A stretch of 26,602 nucleotides of DNA from Patescibacteria group bacterium (GCA_038063135.1 JBBTVV010000077.1:1-26602); one strand, 5' to 3'; positions 17,887 through 25,830 are shown, counted from the stretch's first letter. Numbers and translations are program-made. Notes: generated from the letters alone by a model not told the origin.

Positions 17887-18003
17887 ATGGCACATAAGTT
17901 ATTTTAAGTTATTATTCTTTTAGCTGTTTTGTATTTGGCTGTCTTTATCGGTGGTAAAATTAGAAACTTTGAACAATAGAAGACTGGAAAAAAGCTAAAG
18001 TAG
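17887..18003 (+). pseudogene. Possible decayed small single-TM protein gene
   Basis: ATG frame reads MAHKLF*VIILLAVLYLAVFIGGKIRNFEQ*KTGKKLK*. The two internal stops could be CAA>TAA and CAG>TAG changes. Confidence 0.35.
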
Positions 18004-18011
18004 AAACAATC

Positions 18012-18053
18012 AAATAAATTAAGCTGGGTTTTAAAACCCAGCTTAATTTATTT
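18012..18053. terminator. Bidirectional intrinsic terminator between convergent miaA and gatB
   Basis: Perfect 42-bp palindrome AAATAAATTAAGCTGGGTTTT|AAAACCCAGCTTAATTTATTT with T-rich tails on both strands. Confidence 0.88.
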
Positions 18054-18066
18054 TGTTTTTTTAAGT

Positions 18067-19575
18067 TTATTTTTTTAATACATCAATTAGCAGTTCAATT
18101 AGTAATTTTGGATTAGCCTTGCCTTTTGTTATTGCCATAATTTGACCAACAAAATATTGCAAGATATTTTTTTTGCCATTTTTATATTGTTCAACCTGCT
18201 TTTGATTTTTAGATATAACTTCTTTAATAATTTTTTTTAAAGCTTCTGTGTCGTCAAGTTGTTCCAGTCCCAAATTAGCCATAATTTGCGTTGGGTCTCC
18301 GCCATTTTTATACATTTCAGACATGACTGTCTGGGCCGCTGAAGAATTAATTTTGTTTTGATAAACTAAACATATAAATTCAGCAAAATTTTCAGCAGTA
18401 ATTTTGTTATTATTAGTATCTAATGTATTATTTTTAAAATGTTTAAATAGTTCATTAATTAGCCAATTAGCTGTAATTTTAGCTAATTTTTTATTTTGCC
18501 TATCCCAGTTGTCTCCTGTTGATTCAATCCATGCGCGTAGTTCAGAAATAATATTTTCAACATAGTCTGCTAAATTTTTATCTTGAGTTAAGATTTTTGC
18601 TTCATAGTCAGTAAAAAAATATTCCTCTTTAAAGCGTTTGATTTTTTCTAGTGGTAATTCAATTAATTTTCTTTTTATAGCTTCTTGCCAATCGTCGTCT
18701 ATTCGTAGTGGAGGGATGTCTGGTTCTGGAAAATAGCGGTAATCAGCGGAAGTTTCTTTAACCCGCTGGCTAAATGTTATCCCTTTTTCATTATTCCAGC
18801 CACGTGTTTCTTGAACTAATTTTTCCCAATTTTCAATAGCTTTGATTTGGCGATCAATTTCATAATTAATGGCTTTTTCCATATATCTGAAAGAATTGAT
18901 ATTTTTTAACTCTACTTTTGGATTTAAAACATAATTTCCAATTGGCTTAATTTCTCTGTTATGATATTGCCATTTGCCTTTTTCTTGCACGCTTACATTG
19001 GCCTCACAACGCATTTCGCCTTTTTCCATATCAGCATTGGAAATTTCTAAATAGCGCAAGATTTGTTGATAAGCTTGACAAAATTCTTTTGCAGTTTGTC
19101 CATCGTGGATAACAGGATCAGTAACTAATTCGATTAATGGTGTCCCAGCGCGATTATAATCAACTAAAGAATAATTTTTTTTGTTCGGATGAAGTAATTT
19201 GCCGGTATCTTCTTCTAAATGAATTCTAGTAATTCTTATTTGTTTATTATTCACTTCTAAATAACCATCGTAAGCAATTGGTAAATCAAATTGTGAAATT
19301 TGGTATCCTTTTGGTAAATCTGGATAAAAATAATTTTTTCTATCAAATTTTGATAATTTATTAATCTTGCAATGCAAAGCTAAGCCAATTAACATTGTCC
19401 ATTCAATCGCTTGTTTATTTGGCATTGGTAAAGTTCCAGGATGCGCCATACAAATAGGGCAGACTGTTGAATTTGGTTGTTTACCTGTTGAATCATTATT
19501 GCATTCACAGAACATTTTTGATTTAGTCTTTAGTTCGGCATGTATTTCCATGCCGATAATGACATCGTATTTCAT
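18067..19575 (-). CDS. gatB: Asp/Glu-tRNA amidotransferase subunit B
   Basis: IGMEIHAEL.TKSKMFC, FDRKNYFYPDLPKGYQISQ, RIHLEEDTGK, DYNRAGTPLIE, RCEANVS, ELKNINSFR and DYRYFPEPD. Confidence 0.98.
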   Translation of the reverse strand: MKYDVIIGMEIHAELKTKSKMFCECNNDSTGKQPNSTVCPICMAHPGTLPMPNKQAIEWTMLIGLALHCKINKLSKFDRKNYFYPDLPKGYQISQFDLPIAYDGYLEVNNKQIRITRIHLEEDTGKLLHPNKKNYSLVDYNRAGTPLIELVTDPVIHDGQTAKEFCQAYQQILRYLEISNADMEKGEMRCEANVSVQEKGKWQYHNREIKPIGNYVLNPKVELKNINSFRYMEKAINYEIDRQIKAIENWEKLVQETRGWNNEKGITFSQRVKETSADYRYFPEPDIPPLRIDDDWQEAIKRKLIELPLEKIKRFKEEYFFTDYEAKILTQDKNLADYVENIISELRAWIESTGDNWDRQNKKLAKITANWLINELFKHFKNNTLDTNNNKITAENFAEFICLVYQNKINSSAAQTVMSEMYKNGGDPTQIMANLGLEQLDDTEALKKIIKEVISKNQKQVEQYKNGKKNILQYFVGQIMAITKGKANPKLLIELLIDVLKK

Positions 19576-20132
19576 AAAATTTTTAAAATAATTTGATCAA
19601 CTTGTTTATATAAATCTTCTAATTTATTGTTATTATTTATTTTAAAATCAGATTGCTCCATTACTTCCGGAACTTCATAATCAGAAACGCTTTTTTGGTC
19701 TAATATAAATTGTTCAAAAGTTTTTTTATTATCACCTTGATTTTCATTCCGTTCTATACATCTTTTATATCTGGTTTGCGGATCGCTATAAATGCTAATT
19801 AAAATAAAAGTATAGTCAGATATTTTTTTAAAATAGTTTAATTCTGGGATGCGACGTACAGCATCAAAAATAATTAATTTGTTTTTATCTTTTTTAATAT
19901 CTTCATGTAATACTTTTGATAAAATATTTTCGCCAAAATTTTTTCTTAAAAAATCAGAAACAGCTACCATGTTATGTCTAGCTTGATCTTGATAAACTCT
20001 ATCTAAAATATCTCGTAAAGCAGTAGAGTAACGATAAGAACTTGCATTATATTTTTTAACTAAATAATTAACAATAGCGCCTTTTCCACAAGCGATTTCG
20101 CCAGTTAAGCCGATTATGATTTTTTTAGACAT
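19572..20132 (-). CDS. P-loop nucleoside-monophosphate-kinase-like protein (dephospho-CoA kinase/dNMP kinase-like)
   Basis: N-terminal GLTGEIACGKG Walker A, DAVRRIPE, RYKRCIER lid and DFKINN. Its stop overlaps the gatB start (ATGA). Substrate unknown. Confidence 0.8.
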   Translation of the reverse strand: MSKKIIIGLTGEIACGKGAIVNYLVKKYNASSYRYSTALRDILDRVYQDQARHNMVAVSDFLRKNFGENILSKVLHEDIKKDKNKLIIFDAVRRIPELNYFKKISDYTFILISIYSDPQTRYKRCIERNENQGDNKKTFEQFILDQKSVSDYEVPEVMEQSDFKINNNNKLEDLYKQVDQIILKIL

Positions 20133-20134
20133 AG

Positions 20135-20656
20135 CTATCTTTCTAATTCTATAAATTTAAACTTTAAACCATTTAATTCACTTTCTTTTTTAATAACAAT
20201 TTTTTTAAATTCACTATAATCAGGGAAAAAAGTATCAGCCTGTTTTGGTTTGTCGTCAACTATTGTTAAATATAATTTATTAACAAACGGTATAGCTTGT
20301 TCATATATTTGACTACCGCCGATAAAAAAGATTTCGCCTTTATGTTGTTTTTTGGCTAATTTAATTGATTCTTTAATTGAGTTAGCAATTAAATAATCTT
20401 TTTTTTCTGTTATCAAAGGAAAATTGCAGTCGTATGCCGTGGTAATTTGTGTTTTTTTATCTCTAGTTATAATTATATTGATGCGATTGGGTAGGGGATT
20501 GTCATTTATTGAGTGAAAAGTATTTTTACCCATAATTACAACATGTCCAGTAGTAGTCTTTTTAAAGTGTCTCATATCTTCAGGGATATTGTAAAGCAAT
20601 TTATTTTGAAAACCAATTGCTCGATTTTTAGCAATAATGCAAATAATTGAAACCAT
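20135..20656 (-). CDS. folA: Dihydrofolate reductase
   Basis: AIGFQNKLLYNIPEDMRHFKKTTTG, VIMGKNTF.SI, PLPNRINIIITR, IGGSQIY and ADTFFP. Confidence 0.96.
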   Translation of the reverse strand: MVSIICIIAKNRAIGFQNKLLYNIPEDMRHFKKTTTGHVVIMGKNTFHSINDNPLPNRINIIITRDKKTQITTAYDCNFPLITEKKDYLIANSIKESIKLAKKQHKGEIFFIGGSQIYEQAIPFVNKLYLTIVDDKPKQADTFFPDYSEFKKIVIKKESELNGLKFKFIELER

Positions 20657-20698
20657 AGGAAGTTAAAAATTTAAAGTTTTGATAAAACCAGCTAGCAC

Positions 20699-21727
20699 CT
20701 AAAACCCTCCAATATTAGCAATCTCTGCTTTAATTGCAGGGTGTGGGTCATAGTTTTCTAAAATAAAATTTTCGTATTTAAAATCATCAATATTTTTTAT
20801 TTCTGGATTTAATTTCATTATTGGAAAAGGTTTTGGCTCGCGACTTAATTGTTCGTTTATTGCGTCAAAATGATTTGAATAAATATGTACATCGCCAAAA
20901 GTATGAACAAATTCGCCAGGCTTTAAACCTGTAATTTGAGCTACCATTAAAAGAAGTAGCGCATAACTAGCGATATTAAAAGGAACGCCCAAAAATACAT
21001 CAGCGCTTCTTTGGTAAAGACCAAGATTAAGCGTGCCATCGCCAGTAACTTGAAATTGAAATGTAGTATGGCAAAATGGTGGAACTTCATTGGCATTACC
21101 TGATGAAGCCATTGCATAAATAAAATCAGGGTTCCATGCTGAAACAACATAAGATTTTCTAAAAGGTTTTTCTTTTAATCCTTGAATGCACCAACCAAGT
21201 TGATCAATTTCGCGACCATCTGAAGCAGGCCATTTGCGCCACATACGTCCATAAACGCAAATTAAATCACCCCATTTTTTAACAAAATCGCTATCAGCTG
21301 GTTTATTTTTAATTTTTTCAATAAATTCTTCCTGACTAAGCAATTCTTCTTTTGAACTGAACGTTTCTCCTTGTGAAGGTGGATTAAGAGGGTTATTTTC
21401 CTTTCTGTATCTCTTATAAGCCCACTCATCCCAAATATGAACATTATTATCAACTAAAAACTTAATATTAGTGTCACCACGCAAGAACCAAAGCAATTCA
21501 ATAATTATTCCTCTGATAAAAACTTTTTTTGTAGTTAAGAGTGGAAAGCCTTTTGATAAATCAAAACGAATCTGTTTTCCAAAAACAGATTTGATATAAG
21601 GCGGTTCTTCGTTTTTATCTTTGTATTGCTGTAAAACTTCTTGAGTAAAAAATAATTTTTTATTAGAACCATTTTCTTTAATATCTTTAAGCAAGTTTAA
21701 ATATTGGTATTCTTGATTGCTTGACAT
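20699..21727 (-). CDS. thyA: Thymidylate synthase ThyA, divergent
   Basis: [42 protein letters not shown] (catalytic Cys), [18 protein letters not shown] and GDVHIYSNH; next to folA. Confidence 0.93.
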   Translation of the reverse strand: MSSNQEYQYLNLLKDIKENGSNKKLFFTQEVLQQYKDKNEEPPYIKSVFGKQIRFDLSKGFPLLTTKKVFIRGIIIELLWFLRGDTNIKFLVDNNVHIWDEWAYKRYRKENNPLNPPSQGETFSSKEELLSQEEFIEKIKNKPADSDFVKKWGDLICVYGRMWRKWPASDGREIDQLGWCIQGLKEKPFRKSYVVSAWNPDFIYAMASSGNANEVPPFCHTTFQFQVTGDGTLNLGLYQRSADVFLGVPFNIASYALLLLMVAQITGLKPGEFVHTFGDVHIYSNHFDAINEQLSREPKPFPIMKLNPEIKNIDDFKYENFILENYDPHPAIKAEIANIGGF

Positions 21728-21745
21728 AATTATAAAGTAGTTTTT

Positions 21746-22294
21746 TTATATCTGCGTTTCTTTTTCGTTCGTTGCTACGCGACCGTTTTGCCATTGACCT
21801 AAATATTGATTACCTTGTCCTAAAATTTCATGAAAAGTAATGTGCGCGACGCGCGCTCCAAATGAAATTTTAATATCGCTTTTACCCAAATTGCAAATTC
21901 CAAAAGTTAATTCTCCGGAGTATCCGGGTTGCACTATTCCGTTGAATAATCCTAATCCAGAGCGAAACATTGTTGTTCGTGGACAGATTATGCCAGATAA
22001 AGTAATTGGCAAATTAACTTTTTCAATTGTTTTAATTAAATAATATTTACTAGGTTTAAAAATAAAAAAATTTTCAGTTTCTAATTTTGCTTGATCATAG
22101 TTGCCAATTAATTTAATTTTTGGAGTATCGCGTTCTTCCACGCCTAAAAATCCAGCGCCTTCAAGCTCATAAACTTCGCCCAAACGCAAATCAAATCCAG
22201 CGCCTTCGGGATTATTTAATTCTCGATTACAGAGATTTTCAACTAATTTATTCTTTTTTACTAATTCGTGTAATTTTTGTATACCCAAGATCAT
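21746..22294 (-). CDS. Trimeric dUTPase/dCTP deaminase superfamily protein
   Basis: GAGFDLRLG, PRTTMFRSG, PGYSGELT and GARVAHITF..Y.GQWQ match the Dcd/archaeal dUTPase fold. Catalytic residues are atypical (see findings). Confidence 0.85.
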   Translation of the reverse strand: MILGIQKLHELVKKNKLVENLCNRELNNPEGAGFDLRLGEVYELEGAGFLGVEERDTPKIKLIGNYDQAKLETENFFIFKPSKYYLIKTIEKVNLPITLSGIICPRTTMFRSGLGLFNGIVQPGYSGELTFGICNLGKSDIKISFGARVAHITFHEILGQGNQYLGQWQNGRVATNEKETQI

Positions 22295-22315
22295 ATGATA
22301 ATATAATTTTAGTAA

Positions 22316-22867
22316 TTATAATGAATGATTTTTTCTTGGTTCGAATTTTCTTATTTTAATGCCTTTTTTTTCTGCTAAATCCCAAATTTCATTTTCTTTT
22401 TCTGTGCTTTTGCCCCCGTCTTTAATTCTGGTGTATTCTTGAACATAAACTATTTCTTTGATTCCAGCGTTATTTAAAATTTTCATACAATCATAGCATG
22501 GTAAAATAACAGCATACATAGTAGCTCCGCGTAAACGAGTTGTGTCTTGGGTATTAACAATGCCATTCATTTCTGCATGAGCGCCACGGCAACGTTCTAA
22601 TTTTTTAGTAATTGGACTGCCATCAACTTTAGCGCAACCGACATCAAGACAATGATAGTCTCCTTCAGTAGGACCATTATAGCCCATAGAAATTATACGG
22701 TGATTATTATCAACAAATACAACGCCAGTTTCGTGAAATTTACAAGCGCTTCTTTTGGCAACCAACATTGCTAGTTTAATAAAAGTTTCGTCCCATGATA
22801 AACGATTGGTTTTAGGATTTTTTAAGCTTATGCAATTATTTTCTAGCTCACAATTACAATTAGACAT
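22316..22867 (-). CDS. dCMP deaminase (ComEB/Dcd1-like)
   Basis: WDETF..LA.LVAKRSAC, GYNG, HAEMN and PCYDC zinc motifs. Confidence 0.93.
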   Translation of the reverse strand: MSNCNCELENNCISLKNPKTNRLSWDETFIKLAMLVAKRSACKFHETGVVFVDNNHRIISMGYNGPTEGDYHCLDVGCAKVDGSPITKKLERCRGAHAEMNGIVNTQDTTRLRGATMYAVILPCYDCMKILNNAGIKEIVYVQEYTRIKDGGKSTEKENEIWDLAEKKGIKIRKFEPRKNHSL

Positions 22868-22876
22868 AGTTTTTGA

Positions 22877-23647
22877 TTAATTTTTTATTGACATTTCTTT
22901 TCCTATGAAATTTTTAATATCTTCAACTGTGCTCATCATTTGAGCGGGGAAGACAATTGTAGAATTTTTTTCAATACTAATTTCCGCTAATGTTTGTAGA
23001 TTTCTTAATTGAAGAGCGATTGGATGTGAAGCAATAACATCTGCTGCTTGACCTAATTTTTCAGAAGCTAATAATTCACCTTCAGCAGCAATAACTTTAG
23101 CGCGTTTTTCTCTTTCAGCTTCAGCTTGTTTAGCCATAGCGCGTTGCATATTTTCTGGTAATTCAATGTCTTTTATTTCTACTAATTCAACTATTACACC
23201 CCAAGGCTCTGTATGAGTATCTAAAACCGTTCTGATTTCTTTATTAATTGTATCACGTTCAGATAAAACTTCATCAAGTTGAAATCGACCGACAATATTT
23301 CTAATAGTTGTTTGCGCTATTTGATTAATAGCTTGGGTGACATTTTCAATCGCAACAATACTTTTTATTGCGTCAACAATTTTGTAATAAGCAACAGCTG
23401 AAATATCTACAGAAACATTATCTTTTGTAATAATCTTTTGTGGAGGAATAGGCATAGTCATAGTTCGAAAATCAATTGTTTTCATCCATTGAAAATAAGG
23501 AATAATCCAATTTAAGCCAGGATTTTTAACAGAAACAATTTTACCCAAGAAAAACACAACGCCTTTTTCATATTGTTGCACAATCTTAAAGCCAGGAAAA
23601 ACAATGAAAACAAGAATCAAAAGAATAAACGTAAATAATTCAGGCAT
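22877..23647 (-). CDS. SPFH/band 7 (stomatin/slipin) membrane protein
   Basis: N-terminal TM, PGLNWIIP, ITKDNVSV, AQTTIRNIVG, EIKDIELP and RAMAKQAEAEREKRAKVIAAEGE. Confidence 0.95.
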   Translation of the reverse strand: MPELFTFILLILVFIVFPGFKIVQQYEKGVVFFLGKIVSVKNPGLNWIIPYFQWMKTIDFRTMTMPIPPQKIITKDNVSVDISAVAYYKIVDAIKSIVAIENVTQAINQIAQTTIRNIVGRFQLDEVLSERDTINKEIRTVLDTHTEPWGVIVELVEIKDIELPENMQRAMAKQAEAEREKRAKVIAAEGELLASEKLGQAADVIASHPIALQLRNLQTLAEISIEKNSTIVFPAQMMSTVEDIKNFIGKEMSIKN

Positions 23648-23665
23648 AAATTTAATTTATTAAAA

Positions 23666-23699
23666 ATTAATTAAGTTAAAGTATTAATTAAGTTAAAGT
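23666..23699. repeat. Perfect 17-bp tandem duplication
   Basis: ATTAATTAAGTTAAAGT x2 between rplA and the SPFH gene. Confidence 0.85.
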
Positions 23700-23702
23700 T
23701 AT

Positions 23703-24365
23703 TTAGATAACAATTTTTATTCCAGGGCCCATTGATGAGCTTAATGAAATATTTTTTAGATAAGTTCCTTTTGAGCTTGTTGGCTTCGCTTTTTTAATTG
23801 CTTGAAGGAGTGTCTGAAAATTTTCTACTAATTGTTGTTTGTCAAAAGAAATCTTGCCAATAGCAACATGGATATTACTTGTATCATCATTTTTGAAACT
23901 TACTTTACCTTTTTTTAATTCACTAATTGTTTTGACAGGATTTGTGGTAACAGTATCATTTTTTGGTGAAGGCATTAATCCGCGAGTTCCTAAAATTTTA
24001 GCAATTTGAGCTAAATTTCTCATTATTGATGGCTCAGCGATAGCTACTTGAAAATCGGTTTTTTCTGTTTTTTTAATTTCCGCGATTAGATCGTCTCCAC
24101 CAACATAATCAGCGCCAGCTTCTTTTGCTTCTTTTTCGTGTTCAGGAGCAACAAATGCAGCAATTTTAATAGTTTTACCAGTACCATGAGGCAAAGTAAC
24201 AGTTGCTCTAATTTGTTGTTCGCCTTTTTTATTATCAATGCCTAATCTGAAATGGACTTCTACCGAAGAGTCAAATTTAGTTTTAGATAATTTTTGAATT
24301 AATTCAACGGCTTCATCTACTGGATAAGTTTTTGTTTTGTCAAATTCAACAGTTTGTTTTTTCAT
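23703..24365 (-). CDS. rplA: 50S ribosomal protein L1
   Basis: KFDSSVEVHFRLGID, IRATVTLPHGTGK, ILGTRGLMPSPK and SSSMGPGIK. Confidence 0.98.
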   Translation of the reverse strand: MKKQTVEFDKTKTYPVDEAVELIQKLSKTKFDSSVEVHFRLGIDNKKGEQQIRATVTLPHGTGKTIKIAAFVAPEHEKEAKEAGADYVGGDDLIAEIKKTEKTDFQVAIAEPSIMRNLAQIAKILGTRGLMPSPKNDTVTTNPVKTISELKKGKVSFKNDDTSNIHVAIGKISFDKQQLVENFQTLLQAIKKAKPTSSKGTYLKNISLSSSMGPGIKIVI

Positions 24366-24373
24366 AGATTTTC

Positions 24374-24409
24374 GTGGTGCGAGCGTTATATAATTTACAT
24401 AACTCCCAC
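24374..24409 (-). promoter_or_regulatory. Putative L1-binding autoregulatory RNA site upstream of rplA
   Basis: The minus strand reads GUGG-GA-GUUAUGUA-AAU-UAUAUAAC-GCUCGCA-CCAC: two stems flanking an asymmetric loop with GGAG on the 5' side, like known L1 mRNA sites. Confidence 0.65.
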
Positions 24410-24478
24410 AAATTAGTTATTAATGTAAAATGTAAATGTTTTGGATTTTTTTATTTGAATTTTGACATTGGCTCGTAA

Positions 24479-24907
24479 TTAGTTTTTTATTTCTACTCCC
24501 ATTTGTTTAGCAGTACCTGCAATTATTTTCATTGCTGCTTCTATATCATTAGCGTTTAAGTCTGACATTTTTATTTGAGCAACTTCTCTTAATTGTGCTT
24601 CAGTAAGTGTGCCAACTTTTACTGTTAATGGTTTAGCTGAACCTTTTGTTATTTTAGCAGCTTTTTTAATTAATTCTGAAGCAGGTGGATTTTTAGTAAT
24701 AAAAGTAAATGTTCTATCAGCATAAACAGAAATTTCTACAGGAATAATATCTCCCATTTTGTCGCGAGTAAGATCGTTAAATTTAGAGCAAAATTCTTGA
24801 ATGCTTAATCCGTGTTGACCTAACGCTGGTCCAACTGGAGGAGCAGGAGTTGCTTGTCCCGCAGGTATTTGTAATTTAATTTTAGTTGTTATTTTTTTTA
24901 TTGCCAT
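24479..24907 (-). CDS. rplK: 50S ribosomal protein L11
   Basis: [40 protein letters not shown] and [10 protein letters not shown]. Start at MAIKK (24907) preferred over 24943. Confidence 0.98.
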   Translation of the reverse strand: MAIKKITTKIKLQIPAGQATPAPPVGPALGQHGLSIQEFCSKFNDLTRDKMGDIIPVEISVYADRTFTFITKNPPASELIKKAAKITKGSAKPLTVKVGTLTEAQLREVAQIKMSDLNANDIEAAMKIIAGTAKQMGVEIKN

Positions 24908-24970
24908 AGTTTTAATAATTATAAAATTATTTCGTAGAAGCACCCAATTAGTAGGGAACGAGATAATTTT

Positions 24971-25516
24971 TTATATTTTTTTAATTTGTAAGAAGTCTAG
25001 TTCCACTGGGGTTTCACGACCAAACATTGAGACAGCGATTTTTATTTTACCTTTTGCTTCATCTATGTTTGTAACTTTGCCTTCAAGATTTTTAAATGGT
25101 CCATCAATAATTTTAACAACTGAGCCAATTGAGATATCAATTTTAAACTTTGGTTCTTCTACTCCCATTCGTTTTTGTAAATCGCTAATTTCTTTTTCGT
25201 CAACAGGGGTTGGAGTAGTTCCTGCGCCAATAAAACCTGTAACGTTTGGAGTATTTCTAACAACATACCATGAATCATCAGTAACTATCATTTCTACTAA
25301 TACATATCCTGGAAATATTTTTTCTTCAGTAATTTTTCGTTTTCCATTTTTAATTTTAATTTTTTTTTCTGTTGGAACAAGGATGTTAAAAATTTTATCA
25401 TCCATATCCATTGATTCAATTCTTTGCTTTAAATTTTGTGTGACATTTTCTTCGTAACCAGAATAAGTGTGAAGAACATACCAACGTCGTCCTTGACTTA
25501 ATGTTTGTATTGACAT
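24971..25516 (-). CDS. nusG: Transcription termination/antitermination factor NusG
   Basis: WYVLHTYSGYE, FPGYVLVEM, VRNTPNVTGF, KOW motif VKIIDGPF and FGRETPVEL. Confidence 0.98.
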   Translation of the reverse strand: MSIQTLSQGRRWYVLHTYSGYEENVTQNLKQRIESMDMDDKIFNILVPTEKKIKIKNGKRKITEEKIFPGYVLVEMIVTDDSWYVVRNTPNVTGFIGAGTTPTPVDEKEISDLQKRMGVEEPKFKIDISIGSVVKIIDGPFKNLEGKVTNIDEAKGKIKIAVSMFGRETPVELDFLQIKKI

Positions 25517-25558
25517 ATATCTAAGTTTAAAGTTAAAAGTTTATAAAGTTGCAATTGT

Positions 25559-25741
25559 TTATTTTATAATAAACTTAATTCCTTGATTAAAACCAATATC
25601 TAAAGCGCTTAAAAAAATAGATACCCCTATACTGATACAAATAACTAATATTGTATAGTTGTAAGCTTCTTTTTTTGTTGGCCAAGTAACTTTTTTCATT
25701 TCCTCAATTGAGGATCGAATGTATTTAATAATTTTGTCCAT
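25559..25741 (-). CDS. secE: Preprotein translocase subunit SecE
   Basis: EMKKVTWPTKKE plus one TM helix, immediately upstream of nusG. Start at MDKII (25741) preferred. Confidence 0.95.
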   Translation of the reverse strand: MDKIIKYIRSSIEEMKKVTWPTKKEAYNYTILVICISIGVSIFLSALDIGFNQGIKFIIK

Positions 25742-25753
25742 ATTTATTGTATT

Positions 25754-25778
25754 AAAAAACACCCCGTCTGGGCGTTTT
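25754..25778 (-). terminator. Terminator-like hairpin in the secE leader
   Basis: Minus strand AAAACGCCC-AGACG-GGGTGTTTT-TT: 9-bp stem with one G-U pair and a U tract. Confidence 0.45.
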
Positions 25779-25801
25779 ATTATTCATAATTATTATTAAT
25801 A

Positions 25802-25830
25802 ATAATACATAGTCAAAAAACTTTTGTCAA
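25802..25830 (-). promoter_or_regulatory. Sigma70 promoter for the secE-nusG-rplK-rplA operon
   Basis: Minus strand TTGACA-17 bp-TATTAT. Confidence 0.75.

Noticed and set aside
18067-19575. gatB without gatA/gatC, and rplA without rplJ/rplL
   Set aside because: Split operons are common in reduced genomes. The partners may lie elsewhere, which cannot be judged from this window.
24930-24962. Second L1-like or other structured leader upstream of rplK (minus strand UCGU-UCCC...GGG...ACGA)
   Set aside because: Only short stems are present and the GGAG loop signature is missing; insufficient support.
130-25457. Short ORF-track entries overlapping real genes (e.g. 130-366, 149-337, 1473-1730, 3320-3508, 5454-5654, 5940-6155, 6160-6705, 10252-10479, 11040-11234, 13489-13734, 14812-15174, 15005-15199, 19367-19591, 20947-21150, 21262-21453, 21840-22043, 22120-22359, 25065-25457)
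   Set aside because: They are antisense or off-frame shadows of well-supported genes and contain no recognisable motifs.
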